IMG/VR virus record: IMGVR_UViG_3300020727_000033
Location: 1-43,796 of that record
Reading direction: 5' to 3' (one strand)
DNA length: 43,796 bases
Origin: a virus
Taxonomy: Duplodnaviria > Caudoviricetes
Every line of letters starts with the position of its first letter. The stretch's first letter is position 1. Shown piece after piece: positions 6,938 through 17,231 of this stretch. A program made the position numbers and the translations under genes. The notes below the pieces were generated by a model, which saw only the letters and a program-made list of their open reading frames with translations, had not been told where the DNA came from and searched no databases.

Positions 6938-9741
6938 TAGACGCCACCGATTGTTGAGTTAAGAGCATTGGATACAACCGCACCTGTAACTGAGTTAGCA
7001 ACCGGAAGTGGCGCTTGTCCTGTGAGCAATATGTCTGAAGCACTTAATGATACGGTTGTTCCAATAACAATTGACGTTACTGTTGCAATTCCAGGAACTT
7101 GTGAAAGAACACCAGCAATGTCAAGAATGCGAACAGTGTTTTGTGTGCTGTCCCAGAAAGCTGGTGAGTTTCCTCCACCACCCCATACGCCGGGGCTAAT
7201 AAAGTTATAAATTGCTGAATTGCCAGCAGCTTGAACAATTGCTGGGTCGTATCCTTGAAGAGCAACGCCAGACCATTGAACATTAATTGGAATGTAGTTA
7301 GGATTAATTGTTGAAACGTTAAAATTAGCTTCACGACGTGATTCCAAGTAATCCGTAAGGCTGTCCGCAATATTTGCGTTAACCGCAAGACCGTTCCCGT
7401 CAATTGGCGCAACAGCAACTATTCGTGCATTGTTAAATACGTTAGTAACAAATTGTCCACCCGGAGTCCAAATATATCCAGGCTCAATAATGGCCTCGGA
7501 TATTGTTGAAGGTGATTTTGTTCCGTAACTTACACTTAGTCCAGAAACAATAACGCTTGAAATAATTGGAACGTTTAATCCAGTTCCAAATACAACCTGT
7601 ACATAAATGTCAGCTGATGTACCAGATGAAATGGTAAATGGCACAGCAACCGTTTGAAAAGTTGCAGATGTTGGTGAGGCGGAGGCAATGGTTGCGCCGG
7701 TGGCTGCATTGATTACCTTAACGCTAATATTTGCGTATGTTGTTCCCGTGTACGTTGCGTCAATATTTGCAATTGCCGTAAAGTTTGTAACCGTTGTATT
7801 TGGTATATTAAAGATTTGCGATTTAGCATTAATTGCTGATCCAAGAGCAGAACCCGTTCCTTGAAACTGAAGTCCGTACCCTGGAAGTGTGTAAATACCA
7901 GAATCAAGTGTCCATGAGGCGGAAGCAGCATTTGTATATGAATAGTCTTGTAATCCTGCGTCAGGCAACCAGTTGTAGTCATCAACCGAAAGAAGTGGTG
8001 ACTCTGAACCAGTTGCAGAAAAATCAAAACTTGTTTGATTAAGGGACGAGTAAAGAATCTTGTGTGTCTTTGCTGACACTGCATTAGCAAAAACAATGTA
8101 TGACTGAACTGATGTGCAGTACGATTGAATTGTGTTGTAGTAACTATTTGGGTTTGTTGGGGCAATAAAGCCACCAGCATAGGAATTAATGTTTGCTACA
8201 ACGGTTTTAGGAAGCGTTGTGTAATCGTATAAAGAGTCGCTTGTAGGAGCTGCTGAAGAATAAACCTTAATTGTTCCATCAATATATGTGGCAACAGAAA
8301 CAACGTACGGTGTTACGGTTCCGGTTGTGTCTGTTCCACACTTTACAACGGCACCTGCTTGCATGTACGTAGAGTTGGGATTAAGCGAAGCAGCGTTTGG
8401 TGTGGCAACACCCTGAAGAGGGGTTACGGTTACACCAGAACCGTGAGCATACTTAAAGTATGTTCCAGGAAGAAGTGTCCAAGTAAGGTTGCTTGTTCCG
8501 CCAACTGCGGTAACAACAACAATTTCACTACCGTTTGTAGCATCTGAGATGTAAACAATTGCTGGGTGTGTTGAACTAACTGTTGTAGCAAGAGTTGCAG
8601 CAGTAACAGCCATAGATGTTGATGAGGTTGTAACTGGAGCCGTTGTTGTGGTTCCGGTCATTGACGCTGCGGTAACAACCAAAGCCCCGCCAGTAAGGGA
8701 AACGGTTGGTACTGTTGTTGTGCCATTTCCAACTGCGGTGTAGTTATTTGCAATTGCTGTAGTTAAGTTTGCGTCATTAGCAGAAAAAATGTTTGTGTAT
8801 GGATTAAATCCATCAATTGCTAATGCACGGTAAATACCAACTACGTTTTGTGCAAGTGCGGCGTAATCGTTTGTTGTAATTGGTCGAGGGGCAATAAGAC
8901 CAAGTTCAGTTACCAAACGGTTTAGATATGAAGTATCTGTCTCGGCGTCAACACCAACAACCAATTGAGAGCTTGTAGCGGCTGTTGCTGTTACTAAAAC
9001 GTTGGCCAAGTATGGCGACGTAACGCTTGGTGATAGGTATGTTGTTAATGGGTTAAGACCACTAAGCGTATAAATGTTATAGGCAGATCCAACGGCGGTT
9101 GCCTGCATTGTTATAAATGCTGATTGAACCGAGGCGTTTGTCCCTGTAATTGTGGCCGTTCCAGAAACGGTGCTGGCCACGGTAAATGTGGTTGGCGTTG
9201 GGGTGGTAAGAATCGTGTATGAGCCGTTGTAAGTGTTTGTAACGTCTTCCGAAACGGTAACAATTGTGCCTGCTTGAAAGCCATGAGCCGCGGTTGCCGT
9301 AAGGGTAAGAGTGGTACCATCACCAGAAGCCGTTGAGAGGGCCTGTGAGGGGGGTATTAGGGTGTCTACGGTCGTGGCGAAGTTATATGATGTCCCTTGG
9401 TAACTGAAGCCCGCAATCGTGTTTGCGGGGATAAGGTATCCGCCAATAGGAGGCGTAGCAACAAGGGTCCAAAGTGTCTGGATTGTCGCCTGAACCCCCG
9501 ATTGTTGACTAAGACCTAAAAGTCCACCAAAGTATTTAAAAATAGATGCTGGAACGCCCGAAGCGGCCGTAGCAACTTCTGACGCCATATTGGCAAATTC
9601 TTCAAGAAGAAGAACCTCAAGATTACCTTCTCTTGGAATCCATCCTGGAAGCTTTGAGGCAATGTTAGCAAGGGCGGTTTGAACCAACGTGTTGCTGTCG
9701 GTTGTAATTGGAATGTCAATGTAGCCGTTTAGGGTCGTCAT
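6937..9741 (-). CDS. baseplate wedge protein (P2 gpJ-like) with large insertion
   Basis: PGWIPREGN, GVDAETD..YLNRL and PRPIT..DYAALA motifs; synteny. Confidence 0.85.
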   Translation of the reverse strand: MTTLNGYIDIPITTDSNTLVQTALANIASKLPGWIPREGNLEVLLLEEFANMASEVATAASGVPASIFKYFGGLLGLSQQSGVQATIQTLWTLVATPPIGGYLIPANTIAGFSYQGTSYNFATTVDTLIPPSQALSTASGDGTTLTLTATAAHGFQAGTIVTVSEDVTNTYNGSYTILTTPTPTTFTVASTVSGTATITGTNASVQSAFITMQATAVGSAYNIYTLSGLNPLTTYLSPSVTSPYLANVLVTATAATSSQLVVGVDAETDTSYLNRLVTELGLIAPRPITTNDYAALAQNVVGIYRALAIDGFNPYTNIFSANDANLTTAIANNYTAVGNGTTTVPTVSLTGGALVVTAASMTGTTTTAPVTTSSTSMAVTAATLATTVSSTHPAIVYISDATNGSEIVVVTAVGGTSNLTWTLLPGTYFKYAHGSGVTVTPLQGVATPNAASLNPNSTYMQAGAVVKCGTDTTGTVTPYVVSVATYIDGTIKVYSSAAPTSDSLYDYTTLPKTVVANINSYAGGFIAPTNPNSYYNTIQSYCTSVQSYIVFANAVSAKTHKILYSSLNQTSFDFSATGSESPLLSVDDYNWLPDAGLQDYSYTNAASASWTLDSGIYTLPGYGLQFQGTGSALGSAINAKSQIFNIPNTTVTNFTAIANIDATYTGTTYANISVKVINAATGATIASASPTSATFQTVAVPFTISSGTSADIYVQVVFGTGLNVPIISSVIVSGLSVSYGTKSPSTISEAIIEPGYIWTPGGQFVTNVFNNARIVAVAPIDGNGLAVNANIADSLTDYLESRREANFNVSTINPNYIPINVQWSGVALQGYDPAIVQAAGNSAIYNFISPGVWGGGGNSPAFWDSTQNTVRILDIAGVLSQVPGIATVTSIVIGTTVSLSASDILLTGQAPLPVANSVTGAVVSNALNSTIGGV

Positions 9742-10442
9742 TGTTGCCCTCCGTTATTTTGAATTTTTACATTCAAAGTGGCGTTGTTGTAATTATCGTA
9801 TTGAACGCTTACTGTTGTTTTTGCTCTTGGTTCCCAAGTAGATATAGCTTTTTGAATATCTACAGCGTTAATTTGTGACAATGGAAGATCCTCAATACCG
9901 TATTTTGGTGAAGCAGGTCGTTGCCCAACAACTGTTCCAAGAAGGAATCCAACACTTGAAGATATTTCAATATCGGAGTCTTGAGCGTTTACAATAACGT
10001 TTCCATAGTTTGGATCAAATGACATTTGATTTTGAAAATGTGGAACTTTTACTGTGTTAATTGATTGTGGCGGATAAGCAGTAACCGTTGTTGGTTGGCT
10101 TTCTGCGCCGGTAGAATCAACGTGAACTATTTGAATGGTTACAGCTAAGGGTTCTTGATTTGAATAACCAAGAGACATAACGGATGACCACGGAAAGATG
10201 GTGGTTGTTACCGGTGTTTGAAGAGTGTATTGACCACTTCCACTTGGCAGGGTGGGATTAGGTTTAACCGAGGAAAACGGCACATATGTGTAGTTAATTG
10301 GAAAGTCCGTTATAGGAGAATTTTTCAAAGCGTAAATTTCATACACCGATCCACTGGTAACGTCTGATGCGGCGGTCCAAGAGAGTTGGATTCCTGAATT
10401 CTGCACCCATAGTGCAGTTAGGTTAGTTACAGGCTCTGCCAT
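9738..10442 (-). CDS. baseplate protein: C-terminal gp25/gpW-like domain, N-terminal Fn3-like domain
   Basis: T.VGQRP..P.YGI.D...I..WEPRA motif; VTNL.A....I.LSW N-terminus. Confidence 0.75.
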   Translation of the reverse strand: MAEPVTNLTALWVQNSGIQLSWTAASDVTSGSVYEIYALKNSPITDFPINYTYVPFSSVKPNPTLPSGSGQYTLQTPVTTTIFPWSSVMSLGYSNQEPLAVTIQIVHVDSTGAESQPTTVTAYPPQSINTVKVPHFQNQMSFDPNYGNVIVNAQDSDIEISSSVGFLLGTVVGQRPASPKYGIEDLPLSQINAVDIQKAISTWEPRAKTTVSVQYDNYNNATLNVKIQNNGGQQ

Positions 10443-10522
10443 AAGGATTCCTATTTTTGGGCGTTGACCCCCAAATTAAACGGTCCAATAAGTATTGTAC
10501 CACACCAATGCAAGGGTTTAAA

Positions 10523-11002
10523 TCAAACATGAACATATGGATCGGGGTCTGGGAACACAATTTGCGTTCCGCCTCCCCACCCAGATTTTGTTTTGGGTCC
10601 ATATATTTTTGCGTTGGCAACATTTATATATGTATCGCCAATGTGGCCCAGTGAACTGCTAGGCGCACCAGAACCATAACGAAGTTGACCGGGGTGAAAA
10701 CCAACAAAACCATGATGAATTGGCTTTTGGCTTTCTTGATCAAATGCAACAATTGCCGTTGTGCCCTTAGGAGGGGCAAATTCACCAACGTAAGGTATTT
10801 CTTCCCAGACCGTTGTTTGGCTAAGAGATGGAATAATTACCCTCATGTTGCCCTTGCTCAACGCTTTATTTGTTGCATCGGTGTCAAAAACCGTTGCGTA
10901 ATACGAACCATGAAATTGAGGAATATTTACAAGCGTATGACCAAATTGATGTTTAGCAATTCTTTGAATAATAACATTTGGATCTTGTGTTACATAGCTC
11001 AT
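10523..11002 (-). CDS. baseplate spike (gpV-like) protein
   Basis: VIIPSL...PPKG...VAFD OB-fold pattern; lies between hub and wedge genes. Confidence 0.6.
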   Translation of the reverse strand: MSYVTQDPNVIIQRIAKHQFGHTLVNIPQFHGSYYATVFDTDATNKALSKGNMRVIIPSLSQTTVWEEIPYVGEFAPPKGTTAIVAFDQESQKPIHHGFVGFHPGQLRYGSGAPSSSLGHIGDTYINVANAKIYGPKTKSGWGGGTQIVFPDPDPYVHV

Positions 11003-11994
11003 TTTATAATAGCCTTTGTTATTGGTGTAAGCGGGGCTCCGTTAACGGGAAGAGATGTTGGAACAATGTATGAATCAATTGGCATGGGAACCTGAAGAGT
11101 AACCGTTGCCTGTGGCATAAACAGGTTTCTTTGAGTTCCCGCAACCATCCAATATCCATTAGCGGGTCCCATGTTTTGCAATTGAACAATTTCTCCAATA
11201 TTAAAATTAAAGTTGTCCAACATACAAGTAACTGTTGCTTGACCATATGGCTTACCAATGTCCCAGTCAAAGTCAATAAGTTGTACTTGTTGAGTAAATT
11301 CTTTTAAGATGGGAAGATTTTTACCAGTTGTTCCAAGTGCGGCATTGATGGGTGGTGAGCCAGCTTTTCCAGAAGGAAGCGTTACGTTTCCTAACCAATA
11401 TTCATCTGGTCCAAAATAAATAACGCCAGCGCTTTCCCAAAGTCGCCAACCAACACTTGAAGCAAGACGACTCATACAAGTCCAAGAATTTTCGTTCTTA
11501 TCCGCTGTTGTTCCACGAGCTAAAGCAAGTTTGTAAATAGGTTGTTTTGTAATAAAAGGCCAGATTTTTTCATAATCAGGACCCTTTAGAACGCCACCGG
11601 CTTCTTGAACAAGACCGCTAATAAATTGCGTAATGTTGTAGCCAACCGTTGATTTGGTTTGACCGCTTAAAAGTCTTAATTTGTGTACAAGCGATGACTC
11701 AAAAACTAATTGAAGTTGGTCAGAAGCTTTCATTGTTTGGACAAGCGTGTACTCAAGACCATCAATAACAATTTTTTCATTGGCCTTTACAATTGTTTGT
11801 AAAAGTTTTCTATATGGATCTGCCAATTGCATAGTTACAATAGAAATCCCAGTAAGGGTTCTTTGTATAAACATGTCAATAATTGCTTCTTGATATGAAG
11901 TATCAAGGACTTTACCGCCTAAAAGAATTGAACCAAGGTCAACTGGTCCGAATCCCGCAATTTGTGAAGCGGATGATGATGATGTAGTAGCCAT
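10999..11994 (-). CDS. baseplate hub (gpD/late control D-like) protein
   Basis: E.SWTC..RLA..VGW..W...G.IYFGP and GP.NG.W.V motifs; synteny. Confidence 0.7.
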   Translation of the reverse strand: MATTSSSSASQIAGFGPVDLGSILLGGKVLDTSYQEAIIDMFIQRTLTGISIVTMQLADPYRKLLQTIVKANEKIVIDGLEYTLVQTMKASDQLQLVFESSLVHKLRLLSGQTKSTVGYNITQFISGLVQEAGGVLKGPDYEKIWPFITKQPIYKLALARGTTADKNENSWTCMSRLASSVGWRLWESAGVIYFGPDEYWLGNVTLPSGKAGSPPINAALGTTGKNLPILKEFTQQVQLIDFDWDIGKPYGQATVTCMLDNFNFNIGEIVQLQNMGPANGYWMVAGTQRNLFMPQATVTLQVPMPIDSYIVPTSLPVNGAPLTPITKAIIK

Positions 11995-12006
11995 ATATAT
12001 ACTCTA

Positions 12007-12789
12007 CTAGGGAATTAGTATTATTTGATTAAGATAAACTTTACTAAAATTTGCCCCAACGCTTAAATTAAAATTGTTCAAAGAGGCTATTTTTGCCGAT
12101 GTTGTTTTAAATTTAGTAGCAACCGATGAAAGAGTATCTCCAGCTTTTACGGTATATGTTTTAGTAGTAACAGGAATCGCTATTGTTGTTGAAGCTCCAG
12201 TAACGCTTGAAGCAAATATGGCGGCTGGGCTAATACCATAAGCCTCGTATCCACTTTGAAGTGGTGGAAGGTATTCGTAAAGAGTAATGGCTATTTTTTG
12301 TTGAATACGGTTTCCTGTTGCAAAATCTCTAACGGCTTCCGTAAATTCAAGACCATAAAGAATCCAATATTTAATTGAATTTCCAGGAATGGAACTACCG
12401 CTTAATGTAATAATAGGTGGTTGATAGGTTCCCGTAACGGGGCTTAACCATGTTTCCAAGTTGGTGCAATCATCTTCTACAGATGTAGCAATTGTTGTAG
12501 AACTACCTTGAGAACCTTGAGCCCCTTGTGCGCCTTTTGCAGCGCTATTTAATGCAGATGGCGTTGTAGCCTGTTTGTCCAAATAGCAATCAAATTTAAG
12601 TTGCCACGGAGAACGGTCAAACCATTGAGTTGCTGCAGCCGATTTTGGTCGGTCAACAACTTGCCATCCACCACTGCTACTACTTGGTGCAAAATTAGCG
12701 TTGTCAATAAGACTGACCGTAACTGGTTTGCCGGGTGTTCCGCCATTAAGAATTGGTGTCATGGTTATGAGTGTTGTTACATCAGCCAT
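12007..12789 (-). CDS. tail tube initiator/LysM-domain tail protein
   Basis: C-terminal LysM YTVKAGDTLSSVA..F......IASLNN...LIP; follows the tape measure gene. Confidence 0.8.
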   Translation of the reverse strand: MADVTTLITMTPILNGGTPGKPVTVSLIDNANFAPSSSSGGWQVVDRPKSAAATQWFDRSPWQLKFDCYLDKQATTPSALNSAAKGAQGAQGSQGSSTTIATSVEDDCTNLETWLSPVTGTYQPPIITLSGSSIPGNSIKYWILYGLEFTEAVRDFATGNRIQQKIAITLYEYLPPLQSGYEAYGISPAAIFASSVTGASTTIAIPVTTKTYTVKAGDTLSSVATKFKTTSAKIASLNNFNLSVGANFSKVYLNQIILIP

Positions 12790-12791
12790 AA

Positions 12792-15700
12792 TTAACCAAC
12801 CTTCCAGTGTCCGGTACCTGCAAGCGCAGCAGTAACCGCTTGGGCAAATTGAGTAGAACTAAATCCCAATTCGGTGTAAATTTGTTTGTTTTCAGCGGCA
12901 ATTTGTTTTGCAAGATCAGAAATAACTTTTGGTGTTATTTGACCCTTGTTATCTTTAGACAATTGAATAAGGTCTTTGTGAAGTGTTTCATAATTGCTTT
13001 TTGTATTCTGGTATGCATCTAAGTATTCTTTACGAACCGCTGCTGTTCCAGCAGTTTTAGAAAGTTTAAGCTCGGTTTGCATTGTTTGTTGAATGCCAAG
13101 ATTTGCTTGCATTCCTTCTTGCAACCTTGCCTTAAGTGGCTTTGATTTATCCGTAACGTATCCAAGAGCTGTTGAATCTCTTTGGTTTCTATTTGATACA
13201 AAATTTTCAAAACCAGCTTGCGCAAGTGCTGCGTTTTTTGTTGCAAGTTCATTTACGGCAAACCCCATAAGCTGTCCATAGACAAGAGGGCGAATTTGTT
13301 TTACATAGCTAGCAAATGCAGGATTTGCTTTCATTTGAGCAGTTAATTTATCTAGTTCTGCTTGATTTCCACCAGTGGTTACAAGTCCAAATTTAGTTCT
13401 AATGGCCTTAGGCAATGCAGATTGAACCAAGTAGGCAAAATTATTTGCTAATTGTTTGCCTTTAAGATTGCCGGTGTTTCTATCAACAATTGCTTGTTGT
13501 GAGTATAGGTCGGTAAGCGCATTTAGATTGTTTGGGTTTTTCTTTAAAAGAGCTTGATCTTTTGCTATTTGTTTTTGTGCCGCGGCTGTTGCTTTTTGAA
13601 GTGAGGTTTGCGTTGCTGCATTTACTGGTTTTGGAGCACCGCCACCAAATAATCCGCCCAAAAAACTAAATGCGCTTCCAGCAAAAGGAAGAAGCAATGG
13701 TAAGGCAATACTTGCTGCCGTTCCTATACCAGGCAACATTGAAAGAGCGCTTGAACCCAGGTTAAATAATTTAGAATTAGCAATTTTTGCAAGAAATCCT
13801 GTATGTTTTTCTAATTCGTTTTTAGCAGTATTTTCAACCGTATTTTTAACACCCTGACCCATATATCCGGGCATCATTGCACCAGCATGAACGCGAGATT
13901 GTTGTTCTGCGTAAGGAAGTCCTATTGGCTTGCGACCAGTGCCAAATCCTTCTTCTCTAAGAAAAAGACCACCACCACCTTCTGCACCAGAAAATCTTCC
14001 CATAGAGAGCATTTCTGCGGCTTTAAATTGAACACCTGCTGCTTCTGCTTGAATTTTAGCAGCAGCTTGCATTTCTGCGCCCGCTGCAACAATCGGTTCT
14101 GTTGTTTTAACGTTTGAAAAAAGTTTTTTTAAATTCAAAGTATTTTTGAAAAAATCAAATATTTTTAAACCAGTTCTGAATGCTTTAAGTGCTGCACCCA
14201 AAAGAAGAACTTCTCCAAGGTATCCACCAACAACTTCAATAACATATTTGAATTTTGTAAAACCGCCAAAAAATGAAGCAAGAGCGTTGGCAACTTTAAG
14301 AAAAATTGGCGTAATGGTTTGACCAATTTTAATAAAATCAGCAGCAATTTTTGCTTCAATTATTTTAAATTGTTGACCTGGTGTTGTTAAAGCAATTTTA
14401 GTAAGTTCATTTACTTTTTTAGGGTCTGTATTTTTTGCAATGTTTCCAGCAGCAGCCAAAATACTAGGCAAGTTGTCAAGAAGTGCAGCAACTTGTACCG
14501 AACCACGCTGACCACCAAACATACGGGTAATCATCATGTTGCGAACAACGTCCATTTCTTGTGGCGTTATTCCCTTTCCGGATTTAAGATCTGCTGCAAG
14601 TTGTGCTTTAAATTGTGCGCCTGTTACTTTTTCACCCAATTGATTTTGAAAAGTTTGAGAAAGCGCACCGTTAAACCACGTATTTAATTGTTTATAGGCA
14701 GCAGCGGCACCAGTTGATCCTTTGTACTTTGCGTATGTTGGCAAAGGAGAAAGTGGTCCTTGAAGTTGTTTGTTTAGATATTGAAGAACGGCTGGGAAAC
14801 CCTGCTTGTCTTGAATTTCTTTAATCTTAAAAGGATTAATGCCAAGCATTTGAAGTCCTTTTTCACCCTGAACCGTTGGGCTAAACAACTGCGTAATGGA
14901 ACGAGTGGCATAAACACCGGCAGAGGCTGGCTTCATACCAAGTTTGGTGTAGGCAGCAAAGATGGCACCGGCATCAGCCATGCTCAAACCCTGTTGTTGC
15001 GCCGCAGCTAGAAGTCCATTACCAAAAGCTGAAGAAACGTCTTTAATGTATGCGTCAGCAGAACCAGCAATTGCAGAAGAGGTTCCAATAATTTTTGTAA
15101 GGTTGCGCCCTGTTCCTTTTAAGTTAGCGTTGTAAATTGACATAACAACACGAGCAGTGTTTTCAGATTGTGCACCCGCTGGAACATTACCCAAAACATT
15201 TAATTTAGCAATTGCAGTAGAAATTTCAAGCATTCTTTTAAGCGGTGTGTGTGTTCCCGCTAGTGAAGATGCAACACGATAGAACGTAGCAGCCATATCA
15301 TTAGCTTTTTCACCAGTTTTTGTACTGATGTCAAGCAAACCTGACATAATTGCTTTTTGATCAGCAAGAGGAACACCGGCTTGAGTAATACTTTGAGTAA
15401 CCGATTGTTGGAAACTCATGTACTTTTTAATACTTTCGTATCCAGTTAAAAGTGCACCACCCGCAATCCACTTACTGGCTTTAATAAGTCCGGTTGCGGC
15501 AGAACCACCAACAAGATTGCGCATTCCGCTAGATGCTGAGGCAGCGGCAGTAGCGTTTCTTTCATAGGCGGCTGTAGAGGAATTAATGCTGGCAACTGAT
15601 TGATCCGCAGATAAGGAAACAAATTTGTATGAGTCGCTTAATCCAGCGTTGGATTTTGCAGCTCTATCAGAGGCTATAATGTCTTTATCAAGAGCACCTG

Positions 15701-15866
15701 CAAGAACTCGAAGGGTTTGATCAAACCTGTCAACCGATACGGCGGCTCCGTCGGCAGATGCTGATGTTCCGTCAATTCCCTTAATAACGCGGTCAAGCCC
15801 GGCAGCGACCTCTGCGCTACCGAACAACTTCATCATAAATTCTAGGTAATTAGTTTCTGATGCCAT
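12792..15866 (-). CDS. tail tape measure protein
   Basis: 1024 aa, Ala/Lys/Gly-rich and helical; directly after the chaperone genes. Confidence 0.9.
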   Translation of the reverse strand: MASETNYLEFMMKLFGSAEVAAGLDRVIKGIDGTSASADGAAVSVDRFDQTLRVLAGALDKDIIASDRAAKSNAGLSDSYKFVSLSADQSVASINSSTAAYERNATAAASASSGMRNLVGGSAATGLIKASKWIAGGALLTGYESIKKYMSFQQSVTQSITQAGVPLADQKAIMSGLLDISTKTGEKANDMAATFYRVASSLAGTHTPLKRMLEISTAIAKLNVLGNVPAGAQSENTARVVMSIYNANLKGTGRNLTKIIGTSSAIAGSADAYIKDVSSAFGNGLLAAAQQQGLSMADAGAIFAAYTKLGMKPASAGVYATRSITQLFSPTVQGEKGLQMLGINPFKIKEIQDKQGFPAVLQYLNKQLQGPLSPLPTYAKYKGSTGAAAAYKQLNTWFNGALSQTFQNQLGEKVTGAQFKAQLAADLKSGKGITPQEMDVVRNMMITRMFGGQRGSVQVAALLDNLPSILAAAGNIAKNTDPKKVNELTKIALTTPGQQFKIIEAKIAADFIKIGQTITPIFLKVANALASFFGGFTKFKYVIEVVGGYLGEVLLLGAALKAFRTGLKIFDFFKNTLNLKKLFSNVKTTEPIVAAGAEMQAAAKIQAEAAGVQFKAAEMLSMGRFSGAEGGGGLFLREEGFGTGRKPIGLPYAEQQSRVHAGAMMPGYMGQGVKNTVENTAKNELEKHTGFLAKIANSKLFNLGSSALSMLPGIGTAASIALPLLLPFAGSAFSFLGGLFGGGAPKPVNAATQTSLQKATAAAQKQIAKDQALLKKNPNNLNALTDLYSQQAIVDRNTGNLKGKQLANNFAYLVQSALPKAIRTKFGLVTTGGNQAELDKLTAQMKANPAFASYVKQIRPLVYGQLMGFAVNELATKNAALAQAGFENFVSNRNQRDSTALGYVTDKSKPLKARLQEGMQANLGIQQTMQTELKLSKTAGTAAVRKEYLDAYQNTKSNYETLHKDLIQLSKDNKGQITPKVISDLAKQIAAENKQIYTELGFSSTQFAQAVTAALAGTGHWKVG

Positions 15867-15875
15867 GTATTTAAA

Positions 15876-15911
15876 ACAAAAAAACCGCTACCCCCAAAGG
15901 GATAGCGGTTT
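15876..15911 (-). terminator. intrinsic terminator upstream of the tape measure gene
   Basis: AACCGCTATCCC-TTTG-GGGGTAGCGGTT followed by a T-run on the minus strand. Confidence 0.7.
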
Positions 15912-15945
15912 GTTGTTTGCCGCCTTCTATATTGGCGGAAGGCTG

Positions 15946-16173
15946 TTAGAAGATTTTCGCAAGAACCTTTGCGACTTCTAGACCAGTCAATTCCGCAAGA
16001 ACTTTTATTTCCTCTGATTTTTGTTCACTGCTTAATTTCATAGCCTTTTTCATCAAGGCAATTGATATCAAGTAATCTTCGTGGCCCTGAGTGATGACCT
16101 TGTAAGGGTCCATACCCAATATTGTTGCATACGCGCCCGCCTCTATGTACGGGTCGTCATCCAGGGCTTTTAA
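15946..16173 (-). CDS. -1 frameshift extension of the tail assembly chaperone (G-T type), 75 aa
   Basis: Open -1 frame LKALDDDPYIEAG...VLAKIF* starting at AGT-TTT-TAA; no clear RBS of its own. Confidence 0.75.
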   Translation of the reverse strand, partial: LKALDDDPYIEAGAYATILGMDPYKVITQGHEDYLISIALMKKAMKLSSEQKSEEIKVLAELTGLEVAKVLAKIF

Positions 16174-16694
16174 AAACTTTCGTCAGCTTCGTCACCGGCA
16201 ATACCACTCCACTTAAAGAGTTTGTTTGCGGTGTCAATTAGATCGCCTTCGGTAAGGTAAACACCGAGAACAACATCTGAAGCACGCTGAGCGTCAAGCC
16301 CAATTGCATCAGAAAGTTCTGTGTCAAACTTTGTCCAGGCACCCTTAGAGTCATTAACCCTAAGAGAGAGTTTATTTTCGGTGTTTCCATCAACAACTGC
16401 ATAAACACCAATGCATGCTTCAATGAGCATGTCTGCATTAGCGAGCAATGACCAGTCTTCTCCGCCGACCTTGCGACGACGTTCAATAGCCTTATTTAGC
16501 TTTACTGCTGATACTGGCTTAAATCGAACGTAAAGTTCTGGTTCGTCCCAACGAGGGACTTTAATGTCTGTATGCAGATCGTTTACAATCTGTGCACGAC
16601 GGTCACGCAAAGCGGCAAGTGGACTGTCTTCAGCCAACCCGCCGCTTTGCAATGAGTCATTTTCCAATTCGGTTTCTACTTTAAAGTCAACCAT
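16170..16694 (-). CDS. tail assembly chaperone
   Basis: Between tube and tape measure genes; start re-called at ATG 16694 behind GGAGG. Confidence 0.8.
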   Translation of the reverse strand: MVDFKVETELENDSLQSGGLAEDSPLAALRDRRAQIVNDLHTDIKVPRWDEPELYVRFKPVSAVKLNKAIERRRKVGGEDWSLLANADMLIEACIGVYAVVDGNTENKLSLRVNDSKGAWTKFDTELSDAIGLDAQRASDVVLGVYLTEGDLIDTANKLFKWSGIAGDEADESF

Positions 16695-16729
16695 GTGTTC
16701 CTCCAATGGTCTAGTCGTTTATTTAAAAA

Positions 16730-17206
16730 TTAGTTACTTACTGTTTCTACAGCAATGTCCACTTCGTACATTCTAGCAGCATTTGACGTTGAGTCAGTAC
16801 CGCCGTCCTTTACGTTAACAAGGCGACCTGAGTAGGTACGTGCAGCACCTGTCCAGTTGTTTCCTTCGTCGTCAAGTGGTTGAAGTGTAACAGTAACCAT
16901 AACACGTCCTGCCATGTTGTGCAAGTCAGCAAGAATAGCGTGGTCAACTTGGGTTTCGTAAACTTTGGTCAAAACAACGTCTGAGTAACTTGGGAGTGAA
17001 AGGTATGTAATTTCAGGTCCCATTCCACCTGGACGGTGTTTGTTCACAGCAGCGGTAACGTCTCCACCAGAAAACTTGTCAAATACAATTGATGAACCAG
17101 TATTCAGTGTAGTCAGCGTCATCCCTGTTGGAATGTTTCCACTGATCTGCAAGGTGGCAAGCCACTGTTGTTCAGAACCGTAATTGTGTTGAGTATAAAA
17201 AGCCAT
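16730..17206 (-). CDS. tail tube protein
   Basis: 158 aa after the sheath; FDKFSGG...RPGGMGPE and D..SN motifs; AAGGAG RBS. Confidence 0.8.
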   Translation of the reverse strand: MAFYTQHNYGSEQQWLATLQISGNIPTGMTLTTLNTGSSIVFDKFSGGDVTAAVNKHRPGGMGPEITYLSLPSYSDVVLTKVYETQVDHAILADLHNMAGRVMVTVTLQPLDDEGNNWTGAARTYSGRLVNVKDGGTDSTSNAARMYEVDIAVETVSN

Positions 17207-17231
17207 TTGATTTCTCCTTAGATTTATTTAA

